A DNA stretch of 64,000 nt from Alphaproteobacteria bacterium (GCA_965243135.1 OZ251539.1:5952001-6016000), one strand, 5' to 3'. Shown: positions 23,057 to 32,977, numbered from the stretch's first letter. Program-made: numbers and translations. The notes: generated from the sequence alone by a model not told the origin.

Positions 23057-23598
23057 GAAACAGCCTCCTCCTCCATCGTCATGGCGCGCAGGCGCTTGCG
23101 CAATTCGTGCATCCGCCACGACACCGTCGCCTCCGACACGCCCAGGATGTCGGCGGCTTCGGCGTGGCGCAGGCCCTCCTCGAGGACCAGGGCCGCCGTC
23201 GTCCGCATATCCGCCGACAGCCGCGCCGTCGCCCGCCGCAGCCAGGCCTGCTCGCTTTCACGCTCGACGCGCGCAGCCCTGTCCAGCGCGTCGGCTTCGG
23301 CGTAGTCCCGTTCGTGGTGCCGCCTGGTCGCGTCGCGCCGGATCGCGTCGCGCGCCGCGTTGACGACCACCCGGTAGAGCCAGGTGGTGAAGAGGCTGTC
23401 GCCGCGATACGAAGGCAGCTTGGCGGCCAGCCCGGCGCAAACGTCCTGCGCGAGGTCTTCCGCCCCCTCGCGATCGTCGAGAACGCGGACGCAGAGACGG
23501 TAGACGCGGTCGTAATGGCGCTCGATCAGCGCGGCGAAGGCCTCGCGGTCTCCACCGCCGGCCCGGCGGACCAGCGCGGCGTCGCCCTCCCCGGTCAT
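23053..23598 (-). CDS. ECF-family RNA polymerase sigma factor
   Basis: AEDLAQDV, FTTWLYRVVVN, EAADILGVSEATVSWR. Confidence 0.93.
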   Translation of the reverse strand: MTGEGDAALVRRAGGGDREAFAALIERHYDRVYRLCVRVLDDREGAEDLAQDVCAGLAAKLPSYRGDSLFTTWLYRVVVNAARDAIRRDATRRHHERDYAEADALDRAARVERESEQAWLRRATARLSADMRTTAALVLEEGLRHAEAADILGVSEATVSWRMHELRKRLRAMTMEEEAVS

Positions 23599-23849
23599 GC
23601 GGCAATTGTCCGAGCGTTCATGTCGTTTGGACGCGCGCCGAACGGCATTCCTTGGCGACCGGCCGAATTTTTTTCGGGCGACGGGCGGCGGAAGCGGCGC
23701 GCGCTGTCCCCCGGCGAAGCGCGCCGCTGCATCTCCTGCCGCGACCGCCCGGAGACCGGCGCTGCGCGCATCGGCCTCTCGCGCCGGGGAGCGACCGCCG
23801 CGCCACGATTTCCTTGGAAAATCTGCAAGCGGACGTGACGAGGCCGACG

Positions 23850-24320
23850 AGATCCCGCCGCGAGTCGGTCGGGCTTCGTCCAGCTCTTCGGAACGGTGTC
23901 GTCGTCCAGGCGCTTACGACGAAGGTCGCTCGGCGCCGCCAGCGCCGTGGACAGATCCCGACGAGTCCGGTTTCGAGCATGTCGCGGTCCGGGAGTTCTC
24001 CGAACCGCTGTCCAGGGGACTCGCCGCCGACCTCCGGAAATTCGGCGCGCAGATCGTCGAGCGCCGCAGCGCGGGCAGTTTCGTACGCTCTTGCGAGGGC
24101 GGTGGGGTTCAACTGCGCTGCCGCAGGCCGCGGCCGCCTCCGCAAGCGTCGTCCCGCAGCAGGCGAAAGAATCCAGGACGACGGCGCCGCTCGGCGCGCA
24201 GGCAGCCAGCAACTTCTCGACAAGTTGCGGCGAGAATCGACCGGCCCAGGGAAAGGGATTCGCCCGCACTTTCCGTTCCATGTTCCGGCTGGACTGCGGC
24301 AGCGATTCCCGGTCGAGCAT
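23850..24320 (-). pseudogene. Degenerate N4/N6 DNA methyltransferase
   Basis: RANPFPWAGRFSPQLVEKLL...VVLDSFACCGTTLAEAA (decayed DPFxGSGT motif); continues in another frame (LNPTALARAYE). Confidence 0.6.
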
Positions 24321-24574
24321 GGCCAAGGCTTTTTGAGGAGTTCGGGACCAACTTGCGTGAAGAGAGTTTAGCAGGTCGCCGCGAAGGACTTCCGGTTTGC
24401 AATGCATGCGGCGAAGAGCTCGTTACGCGACCTGCGAAGGAGAATCCCGTCGCAGCGGACCGCGAACGCTGCGAGTCGACGTTTAAGGCGAGACGTTCGC
24501 GCTGCGCAGTTTCGGACTTCCAGACATGTTCAACGGTCGCTCGACACTCCTTTGGCAAGGCGCGGCGATGGACG

Positions 24575-24848
24575 GAACCTTCCGGACCATCCCGGCTTCG
24601 ATCCCTGCAGGATGCCAGCGCGGTACATGGTGCACCATGTCCAGCGGGAAGACTATTCCGCGTACGAGGGCAATCCCGCGGCGGCTTATTTCCGGTTGCA
24701 GCAAGGCGACCCCGCCGATACGTCGCGCACCTGCGAGGAACTCGACAGGCTTCTGCCTTTGGACGAACCGTTGCGCCATCTTCTGTTGACAATGACGGCG
24801 CTCGGGTCAGAATGATTCCCAGAGACTACACTTGAAGGATCGCTGCTG
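24575..24848 (+). pseudogene. 5'-truncated duplicate of the Rpn gene C-terminal half with TGG>TGA stop at 24813-24815
   Basis: Near-identical to 28340-28616 (PDHPGFDP.RMPARYMVH.VQREDYSAYE.NPAAAYFRLQQGDPADT). Confidence 0.85.
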
Positions 24849-25067
24849 ATGACTGGATTCGCTCGACATTACGATGCGGCCGTGGCCTCGAACCGCGAAC
24901 TCATGGCTGATCTTGCGGCCGAAAGGTTCGGCGCCGAGGCGGGAGAACGCCTGAAGTCCGCGCTCGACAGCATCGTTGATCCCGAGGAATTCCAGGCGGC
25001 GAGAGCCCACGTCACCGCCAGCCGGACGGCCGAGGAACTCTTCGCGTTTTTCGACAAGCGCCGCTGA
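24849..25067 (+). CDS. Stand-alone Rpn C-terminal module S0 (72 aa; putative RpnS-type antitoxin)
   Basis: GAAGGA RBS 9 nt before ATG; MTGFARHYD...ELFAFFDKRR. Confidence 0.75.
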   Translation: MTGFARHYDAAVASNRELMADLAAERFGAEAGERLKSALDSIVDPEEFQAARAHVTASRTAEELFAFFDKRR

Positions 25068-25169
25068 AGCGGGCAGGCTTCCGGCGGGTCCACGGATAGC
25101 GGAACCTCCCGACCGCCGAGCCGGGATCCAAATTCCTCCCCCGAAGCCACGCTGGAAGAAGCGTTCCTG

Positions 25170-25220
25170 GTGACCGGCTTCGCTCGACATGCGGCCAAGG
25201 TTATCGCGGCCGAAGCGAGT
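25170..25220 (+). pseudogene. Degenerate Rpn C-terminal module
   Basis: GAAGAAGCGTTCCTG-GTGACCGGCTTCGCTCGACAT (TGFARH), then diverges; homologous to 29516 onward. Confidence 0.55.
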
Positions 25221-25956
25221 GGCGCTTGCGCTGCGCCGTTTCTTGTCGACGGCCGTCAACTCGGCGCCCCGCGGACCGCCCGTCCGTGGGCAGACCCGCG
25301 AGGGTCGTGCGACCCTGATCGCAAAAAACGCGAATGCCGGATCGTTAAGGCGCAACGCTCCGGCACCTTGAGGCGTGGCCAATCCAACTGGTCTCATGGC
25401 AGAGACCGCTTGTCTGCATTGTGCTTCATAGTTGATAGGGGGTCATGAAAACAATCGATCGTCAGGCATCGTGTCAGGAGTGCTGAATTTTTTCGTCGAC
25501 TGCCGTCCGCCCGGCGCCCGGAGGATTGCGCCGGCCCTCCGGGGGCGGATCCGCCCGGAACGCACGGCTGCGGCCGACTTCCGGTCCCGGCGTTCGTCTG
25601 TTGCAGACAGGTACTGACAGGCGTTCGTCCTGCCGCTTGACTTCAGGACCATATTCTTGTATTGTTCCATATCGGGTCAGACGCCATGGGCCAATCTCCG
25701 CTGTGCGCTTGCGGGGATTGCCCGGATCGCCTGGCCTCGCCGCAACATGCGAACGGTCGTTCAGCCGCCAGCTTCCTGCGCTTCAAGGTTGAACGGGTCT
25801 TGCGCCGTTCCGCGGCGAGAACGCGGATGCCGCCCCGCTCGGGCGACGGCCGGCGTTCGAAAGAGATGGAGCCTGCGGGCCGCGCCGAACGACCCGGCTG
25901 CGGCTTCCGCGCTCCGGCAAGTAACGCAGAGCTGATGGTAGCGAAGGACCGGAAGC

Positions 25957-27580
25957 AGCAATTCCCGCTAAGGCTCAAAACCCTTGGAAAATATGGGGTC
26001 GGAAAAAAATTTTTCGTGGACTTTTCGAGGTGATTCGGGGCTATTTGCCTTCAAGCGGAGCATTTTTCTCTGGAAAGTGGTCCGAAGGCGAGGCGGGATT
26101 GTACCAAAATGGCCAGAATGCCAGGCATGCGCAAGACGCTCAGCGCTCCGGGGTTGCTGAAGGAAGTGCGAGCTTGTTTCGACCGTATCGAAGATCCGAT
26201 TGCCAGCCGGGGGCTGAACCAGACGGACTGTCTGATGTCGGGTTTGGCGGTGTTCGGTATGAAGTATGCGTCGCTTCTCGACGATGCCGCGCACGCCGAC
26301 GAAGCGGTTCGGCACAACCTCGCGAACTTGCGTCAAGCGTGTGCCGTCGGACTCTGCGATGCGAGAACGGCTTGACGAAGTCTGTCCGCGGCAATTGCGG
26401 CGTTGTTTCACGAAGATGTTCCAAGTTTTGCAACGAGGCAAGGGGCTGGAACAATACACTTGTCTGAACGGGTATTACGCTCTTTCGATCGATGGAACGG
26501 GATACTTTTCGTCGGACAAGGTGCACTGTAAAAACTGCTGCGAGAAACATCACCGCGACGGTACGATTACCTACTACCACCAGATGTTGGGAGCCGTTCT
26601 GGTGCACCCGGAACAGAAGGAGGTTTTTCCGTTTGCACCGGAATCGATCCTGAAGGGAGACGGCGCAAAAAAGAATGATTGCGAAGCGGCGAAACGGCTT
26701 TTGAAAGATGTGCGTCGTGAACACCCGCACCTGAAGTTGATCGTGTTGGAGGATGGGCTGGCCTCAAATGGACCGCATGTCAATCTTCTCAAGGAGTTAG
26801 ACATGCGTTTCATACTGGGTGCAAAGCCTGGCGACCACAAGTTCCTGTGGGTCAACAACGCGCCGTCCGTGGAGCACCGGGAGTTCACGGACGAGGACAA
26901 CATACGGCACGAATTCCGGTATCTCAACGGAGTGCCTCTGAACGATACGCACTTCGACCTCAAAGTGAACTTTCTCGAATACTGGGAGAAGCTTCCAAAC
27001 GGCAAGAAACAACGTTTCTCCTGGGTCACGGATCTGCCAATTGACGAAGAGAACCTGATGGAGTTGATGCGCACCGGGCGGGCGCGCTGGAAGATCGAGA
27101 ACGAAACTTTCAACACCCTGAAGAACCAAGGCTACTGCTTTGAGCACAACTTCGGTCACGGTAACAACAATCTGTCGACTGTCTTCGCGTTCCTGATGAT
27201 GCTAGCGTTCCTGATTGACCAGATTCAACAGCGATGTTGCAAACTGTTCCAACAGGCGCAAACGAAGGCCAAGCGGCCCATTTACTTCTGGGAAAAAGTG
27301 CGGGCATTGTTTCTCGACTACTTCCTGAAGGACTGGGAGACGCTCTACCGAATGATCGCGTTTGGACACCGGAAAGCAGTGGGAATTCCCTACGATACCT
27401 CCTGACCCAGCACCGTGTCCGAGTGTGCTAAAGCAGGTTTTTCAGGGGAAGCAGGGTAGTCAAGGCTATGTCGGCGCCAGGCCGAAGCGGGAAAGGTGCG
27501 TCGCGACGGCTGGTCCCTCGGTAACGATGCTATCTCGACGCGCCTTTTGCAAAGGGCGGCCACCTTAGCGGGAATTTCTG
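25957..27580 (+). mobile_element. IS element (ISNCY/IS4-like DDE transposase 26109-27405, frameshifted near 26330)
   Basis: TIR CAGCAATTCCCGCTAAGG / CAGAAATTCCCGCTAAGG (17/18); 9-bp target duplication GACCGGAAG (25948-25956, 27581-27589); SIDGTGYF, GRARWKIENETFNTLKNQGY; lower GC. Confidence 0.9.
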
Positions 27581-27590
27581 GACCGGAAGG

Positions 27591-28835
27591 ATGAAGAAAC
27601 GACAACTCGCAGCCGCGGTCAGGACGGGTTTTCCGGAACTCGTCGTCGAATTGTACCGTCGGGAGAACGACCCGAAAGACGGGAAGGGCCGGAACCTTCT
27701 CCATCACGCCGCCATGGTCCGGAAAGGGGGCGCGGAAATCATCGCGGCCCTCGCCGCGGACGGAGCCGACGTGGATCTTCCGGACCGGAATGGCCGGACG
27801 GCGCTTCACTACGCCGCCCGCGACGAGAACTACGCCGCGCTCGCCGCCCTGATCGGGTGCGGCGCGAACCTTTCCTTCAAAGACCGGCGGGGGCGGGCTC
27901 CTCTGCCGATGCTGGACAGGCCGGGGCGTCATCCGCACGACGCGATCGCCCGGTTCACCTTCGGATATCCGGTAATGGCGCGCGCCCTGCTGCGGACGCT
28001 CCTGCCGTCCGGCATGGTGCCGGACGACGCGGACATCCGCCGGATTGATGGAGAGCTCGTCTCCCGCTCGCTCAGCCGCAGCCTCCGCAGCGACATGATC
28101 CTGGTTCTGGAACGGAAGAACGCCTGGCCGTTCGCCGTCATCGTCGAATTCCAGTCCGGCGTCGACCGCGCAATGGCGCACCGGATGGCGTCCTACCGGA
28201 CCGAGCTCGCCGAAAGCGTCCAGCGGAACCACAGGGATCTCATGGACGCCAAGGGCCGGGTTCCGTTCATCCTCCCGATCGTCGTCCATACGGGGGCCGA
28301 TGTCTGGAATGCGGACGACAACGCGGAGAGTCTGACGGTTCCGCCGGACCATCCCGGCTTCGATCCCTACAGGATGCCGGCACGATACATGGTGCACGAT
28401 GTCCAGCGGGAAGACTATTCCGCGTACGAGGACAATCCCGCGGCGGCTTATTTCCGGCTGCAGCAGGGCGACCCCGCCGACACGTTGCGCGCCTGCGAGG
28501 AACTCGACAGGCTTTTGCCGGTGGAAGAATATCGACCGTTGCGCCATCTTCTGTTGACAATGACGGCGGTCGGGTCAGAATGGTTCCCCGAGACTGAACT
28601 TGAAGGATCGCTGCAGATGACCGGATTCGCTCGACATTACGATGCGGTTGTGGTCTCGACCCGCGAACTCATGGCTGATCTTGCAGCCGAAAGGTTCGGC
28701 GCCGAGGCGGGAGAACGCCTGAAGTCCGCGCTCGACGGCATCGTCGATCCCGAGGAATTCCAGGCAGCGAAAGCCCACGTCAGAGGCAGCCGGACGGCCG
28801 AGGAACTCTTCGCGTTTTTCGACAAGCGCCACTGA
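27591..28835 (+). CDS. Ankyrin-repeat / Rpn-family (Transposase_31, PD-(D/E)XK) nuclease fusion, 414 aa
   Basis: Ank repeats GRNLLHHAA..GADVDLPDRNGRTALHYAA..GANLSFKD; Rpn core HDAIARF, LRSDMIL, IVEFQSGVDRAMAHRMASY, ILPIVVHTG..W. Confidence 0.85.
   Translation: MKKRQLAAAVRTGFPELVVELYRRENDPKDGKGRNLLHHAAMVRKGGAEIIAALAADGADVDLPDRNGRTALHYAARDENYAALAALIGCGANLSFKDRRGRAPLPMLDRPGRHPHDAIARFTFGYPVMARALLRTLLPSGMVPDDADIRRIDGELVSRSLSRSLRSDMILVLERKNAWPFAVIVEFQSGVDRAMAHRMASYRTELAESVQRNHRDLMDAKGRVPFILPIVVHTGADVWNADDNAESLTVPPDHPGFDPYRMPARYMVHDVQREDYSAYEDNPAAAYFRLQQGDPADTLRACEELDRLLPVEEYRPLRHLLLTMTAVGSEWFPETELEGSLQMTGFARHYDAVVVSTRELMADLAAERFGAEAGERLKSALDGIVDPEEFQAAKAHVRGSRTAEELFAFFDKRH
28617..28835 (+). CDS. 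Internal in-frame small ORF S1 (putative intragenic RpnS antitoxin)
   Basis: GAAGGA (28602-28607) 9 nt upstream of in-frame ATG; same start and RBS as the free-standing copies. Confidence 0.65.
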   Translation: MTGFARHYDAVVVSTRELMADLAAERFGAEAGERLKSALDGIVDPEEFQAAKAHVRGSRTAEELFAFFDKRH

Positions 28836-28944
28836 AGCGGGCGGGCTTCCGGCGGGCCCGCGCGTCGTCGTCGGCGAAAAATGTGCGGACGCGAAGCCGT
28901 GCTCCAAATTCTTCCCCGAAGCTGCACTTGAAGGATCGCTGCAG

Positions 28945-29163
28945 ATGACCGGATTCGCTCGACATTACGATGCGGTTGTGGCGTCGAACCGCGAACTCAT
29001 GGCCATGCTTGCGGCCGAAAGGTTCGGCGCCGAGGCGGGAGAACGCCTGAAGTCCGCGCTCGACGGCATCGTCGATCGCGAGGAATTCCAGAAAGCGACT
29101 GCCCATGTCACCGCCAGCCGGACGGCCGAGGAACTCTTCGCGTTTTTCGACAAGCGCCACTGA
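28945..29163 (+). CDS. Stand-alone Rpn C-terminal module S2 (72 aa)
   Basis: CTTGAAGGATCGCTGCAG-ATG identical to the internal start; MTGFARHYD...FFDKRH. Confidence 0.75.
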   Translation: MTGFARHYDAVVASNRELMAMLAAERFGAEAGERLKSALDGIVDREEFQKATAHVTASRTAEELFAFFDKRH

Positions 29164-29179
29164 AGCGGGCGTATGTTCG

Positions 29180-29422
29180 GTGAAGACCGGATTCGCTCGA
29201 CATTACGATGCGGTTGTGGTTTCGAACCGCGAACTCATGGCCAAGAACCGCAAACTCATGGCTATACTTGCGGCCCAAAGGTTCGGTGCCGAAGCGGGAG
29301 AACGCCTGAAGTCCGAGCTCGACGGCATCGTCGACCCCGAGGAATTCCAGAAAGCGACCGCCCACGTCAGAGGCAGCCGTACGGCCGAGGAACTCTTCGC
29401 GTTTTTCGACGAGCGTCATTGA
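29180..29422 (+). CDS. Stand-alone Rpn C-terminal module S3 (80 aa, GTG start, 7-aa internal duplication)
   Basis: VKTGFARHYD..NRELMAK-NRKLMA..FFDERH; original ATG reads AAG and the RBS is lost, so it may be silent. Confidence 0.6.
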   Translation: MKTGFARHYDAVVVSNRELMAKNRKLMAILAAQRFGAEAGERLKSELDGIVDPEEFQKATAHVRGSRTAEELFAFFDERH

Positions 29423-29515
29423 AGCGGGCGGGCTTCCGGCGGGCCGCGGAGCCTCCCGGCCGCCGATCCCGGGTCCAAATCCCTTTCCGAAGCCGCGCTG
29501 GAAGAAGCGTTCCTG

Positions 29516-29570
29516 ATGACCGGCTTCGCTCGGCATGCGGCCATGGCCATCGCGGACGAGGCGCTTGCGC
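29516..29570 (+). pseudogene. Degenerate Rpn C-terminal module S4
   Basis: MTGFARHAAMAIADE, then diverges. Confidence 0.55.
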
Positions 29571-30141
29571 TGCGCCGTTTTTGTCGGCGGCCGTCATTTT
29601 TGCACCCCGCGGCCGCCCATGGTCGGGCGAAGGTTGTGCGGCCCCCTGATCGCCAAAAAACGCGAATGCCGGGTCGCTCCGGCGCACCGCCCCGGCGCCT
29701 TGAGTTACTGTCCAACCCAACCGGTCTCGCGACGGAGACCGCCCGCGTTGCGCTTCATAGAGGCAAAATTCAGCAGGTTGGGGAGGATTTCCGCGGAACC
29801 GCGCCGTTGCGATAGCGGAGCATGCATAACGCTAATCGAGCCATAATATTGCCCCTTGGAAAGCTGTCCGCGTTTCAAGGTTTGCGCGCGGCGCATGCGG
29901 CTCGAGCCTCCGGAGGCCGCAAGGCGGTCGACCAGGGGACCGCCTCCGCGCCTTGACGGCCATCTCGAGACGTCAAGAACCGCGCCGGACGCTCGTGCCG
30001 GCAAAGCGCATTCAGCGGCCGACCGTCTTCGAAAAGCGCGGGATTTTTGGTAAAATCCGGTTTCGCCGGACGGCGAATGACCTTACCTTGCGTTCGCCCG
30101 TCGGAGAAGCGGGCATACAGCAGCCCCAACAGGAGACACGC

Positions 30142-30795
30142 ATGTCGGAAGATCAGGCTCTGGCCGCCGCTCGCGCCAGAATAATGGATTACCGGGCGCG
30201 AATCGGGCGGCTCGACGACGATTCGCTCGATCTCGTCTTTCGCGAAGCCCGCAACCACAACGGGTGGCAGGATCGGGAGGTCGCCGACGATCAGCTGCGC
30301 GAAATCTGGGATCTGACGAAGTTCGGATCGACCAGCGCCAACACCCTGCCGGCCCGGATCGTTTTCGTCCGCTCCCCGGAGGCGAAGGAGAAGCTCCGGC
30401 CTTGCCTGTCGCCGCCCAACGTCGACAAGACCATGGCGGCGCCGGCCACCGCGCTTCTCGCGTACGACGTCAGGTTCTTCGACGATTTCGCGAAACTCTA
30501 TCCGGTGCGCCCGGAAATGGCGGAGCAATGGAAGTCGGACGCCGCTGCGGCCGAGGCGTTCGCGATGCATCAGAGCACGATGCAGGGCGCTTATCTCATC
30601 CTCGCCATTCGCGCGGTGGGCCTCGACGCCGGCGCCATGCTCGGCTTCGATCGGCAGGCGGCGGACAAGGCCTTTCTCGAAGGCACGACGTGGAGGTCGA
30701 ATTTCCTGTGCAATATCGGTTACGGCGACCTGGAAGGCATCAAGGGGCCGAGGCTGTACCGTTACGCCTTCGACGAGGCTTGCCGGATCGTCTGA
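30142..30795 (+). CDS. rutE: Nitroreductase family, malonic semialdehyde reductase RutE-like
   Basis: FREARNHNGW, TSANTLPARIVFV, SNFLCNIGYG; AGGAGA RBS. Confidence 0.85.
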   Translation: MSEDQALAAARARIMDYRARIGRLDDDSLDLVFREARNHNGWQDREVADDQLREIWDLTKFGSTSANTLPARIVFVRSPEAKEKLRPCLSPPNVDKTMAAPATALLAYDVRFFDDFAKLYPVRPEMAEQWKSDAAAAEAFAMHQSTMQGAYLILAIRAVGLDAGAMLGFDRQAADKAFLEGTTWRSNFLCNIGYGDLEGIKGPRLYRYAFDEACRIV

Positions 30796-30799
30796 CGGC

Positions 30800-31564
30800 C
30801 TATCGCCACCCGCCGCCGCCGTTCACGTAGACGGTATCGGCCGTCATGTAGGGACAGGCGTCCGAGCAAGCGAACAGGACGAGTTCGCCGATTTCATCGG
30901 GCGTTCCCAGCCGCTTCATCGGCACGTCTTCGATCATCCGCTGCAGGAGTTCGGGCGAGGAAACGTGCTGGAACGGCGTGTCGACGGGGCCGGGCGAGAT
31001 CGACAGGGCGCGAATGCCGCGGTCGACGAATTCGCGGGCGACGCCCATGGTCAGCGTCACCACCGCGCCCTTGGCCGATGCGTAGTGCGTGGAGTGCCCT
31101 GGCCCGCCGCGCCGGTGCGCCATGCTCGCGATGTTGACGATCACGCCTCCGCCGCGCTCGATCATGTTCGGAATCGTCGCCTGCATGCAGTGGAACGTTC
31201 CGTCGACGTTGAGCGCGTAGGTCTTGCGCCAGAGGGTTTCGTCGATTTCGAGGAACGTCGCGCGCCGCCCGGCGGCGCCGGCGCTGTTCAGCAGAAAGTC
31301 GATGCCGCCGAAGGCGCCGATGCCCTCCGCGACCAAGGCGTCGACGGCGGGCCGATCCGTCACGTCGACGGTCGCCCCGAGCGCGTCGCCGCCGCTCTTT
31401 CGAATCCGTTCGGCGACCGACCGGGCGCCCTCGCCGTCGATATCGGCGGCGATGACGTTCGCGCCTTCGCGCGCGAAGATGAGGCAGGTCGCGCGACCGA
31501 TGCCGCTGGCGCCGCCCGTTACGAGGATCGTTTTGCCGCGGAAATAATCCGGCGTCTTCGGCAT
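30800..31564 (-). CDS. SDR family oxidoreductase
   Basis: TGGASGIG, NSAG, YASAK. Confidence 0.92.
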   Translation of the reverse strand: MPKTPDYFRGKTILVTGGASGIGRATCLIFAREGANVIAADIDGEGARSVAERIRKSGGDALGATVDVTDRPAVDALVAEGIGAFGGIDFLLNSAGAAGRRATFLEIDETLWRKTYALNVDGTFHCMQATIPNMIERGGGVIVNIASMAHRRGGPGHSTHYASAKGAVVTLTMGVAREFVDRGIRALSISPGPVDTPFQHVSSPELLQRMIEDVPMKRLGTPDEIGELVLFACSDACPYMTADTVYVNGGGGWR

Positions 31565-31858
31565 GGCGTCGGCCCCGCTGGTTGCTGAAGTTCGGCACGG
31601 CGTTCCCGTCAGGATAGCGCCCGTGCGGAAAGGACGAAAGGAGCCCGGCCGCGTCCGCTCGGTTCGTCGAGCGCCGCAGAGGCCCGGGACGCGCCCGGCG
31701 CTTTGCGGCCGCGGCGCGAACTTGGCTCCGGCCGGAAGGCGTCCTATATCGGAGCGAGCGCGGACGGAGCGCGGTTGGGCTTTCGCGCCGTCGCCCGTCG
31801 CATGCGGCGGCTGGCGGAGCCTGGCGCGCCCGCGCGGCCGGTTTCGGGAGCTGCCGTC

Positions 31859-32977
31859 ATGAACTCTCTTGGCCTGGAAGGGAATCCGGCCGACGCCAGG
31901 GTCGTGGTCGCCATGTCGGGCGGAGTCGACAGCTCCGTCGCGGCGGCCTTGCTGGCGGAAGAAGGCTACGAAACCGTCGGCGTGACGCTTCGCCTTCACG
32001 GCGAGGAGCCGGGAGGCGCCAGAACGTGCTGCGCCGGGCGGGATATCGACGATGCGCGCCAGGTCGCCGAAACCGTCGGCATTCCCCACTACGTGCTCGA
32101 TTACGAATCCCGTTTCCGGACGGACGTCGTCGAGGCCTTCGCCGACAGTTACGCGCGGGGGGAGACGCCCGTTCCGTGCGTGTCTTGCAACCAGACGGTC
32201 AAGTTCCGCGACCTCCTCGAGACCGCGCGCGGCCTCGGAGCGGACGCGCTTGCGACCGGCCACTACGTCCGGCGCGTCGACGGCGCCGGCGGTCCCGAAT
32301 TGCGGCGCGCGGCCGACCGCGGCCGGGATCAGAGTTACTTCCTGTTCGCGACCACGCCCGCGCAGATCGAATACCTGCGATTTCCGCTGGGCGGCATGAC
32401 CAAGGACGAGGTGCGCGGCCATGCCGGACGCCTCGGCCTGCCGGTGGTCGCCAAGCCCGACAGCCAGGACATCTGCTTCGTTCCCGGCCGGGACTACGGC
32501 GAGGTCGTGCGCCGGATCAGGCCGGGCGCGATCGATCCCGGCGACATCGTCCATGTCGACGGGCGGGTGCTCGGCCGCCACGACGGCATCGTCGACTTCA
32601 CGGTCGGCCAGCGGCGCGGCCTCGGGCTCGGCGGCGCCGACGGTCGACTTTACGTCGTTCGGATCGAGCCCGAGGCAAGGCGCGTGGTGGTTGGCCCGGC
32701 CTCCGCTCTCGGGAGGGATGCGTTCTCGCTCGGAGGCGTCAACTGGCTTGGCGCCTCAGCGGGAGCCGACGGCGTTCGCGTGAACGTCAAGCTGCGCTCG
32801 ATGCAGACGCCGGAGCCGGCCGCGGTTCGCCTGCAGGACGACGGGCGGGCGCGGGTGACGCTCGATCGACCCGCGCGGGCGGTCGCGCCCGGACAGGCCT
32901 GCGTCTTCTATGACGGCGACCGATTATTGGGCGGCGGCTGGATCCTGCGCGAAAGCTCGTCCGCGCCGGACGGCTGA
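31859..32977 (+). CDS. mnmA: tRNA 2-thiouridine(34) synthase
   Basis: [42 protein letters not shown]. Confidence 0.97.
   Translation: MNSLGLEGNPADARVVVAMSGGVDSSVAAALLAEEGYETVGVTLRLHGEEPGGARTCCAGRDIDDARQVAETVGIPHYVLDYESRFRTDVVEAFADSYARGETPVPCVSCNQTVKFRDLLETARGLGADALATGHYVRRVDGAGGPELRRAADRGRDQSYFLFATTPAQIEYLRFPLGGMTKDEVRGHAGRLGLPVVAKPDSQDICFVPGRDYGEVVRRIRPGAIDPGDIVHVDGRVLGRHDGIVDFTVGQRRGLGLGGADGRLYVVRIEPEARRVVVGPASALGRDAFSLGGVNWLGASAGADGVRVNVKLRSMQTPEPAAVRLQDDGRARVTLDRPARAVAPGQACVFYDGDRLLGGGWILRESSSAPDG

Noticed and set aside
24849-29422. Diversity-generating retroelement (TR/VR) explanation for the variant cassettes
   Set aside because: Differences are not adenine-specific, and the only RT is a broken group II intron RT (YADD) about 20 kb away.
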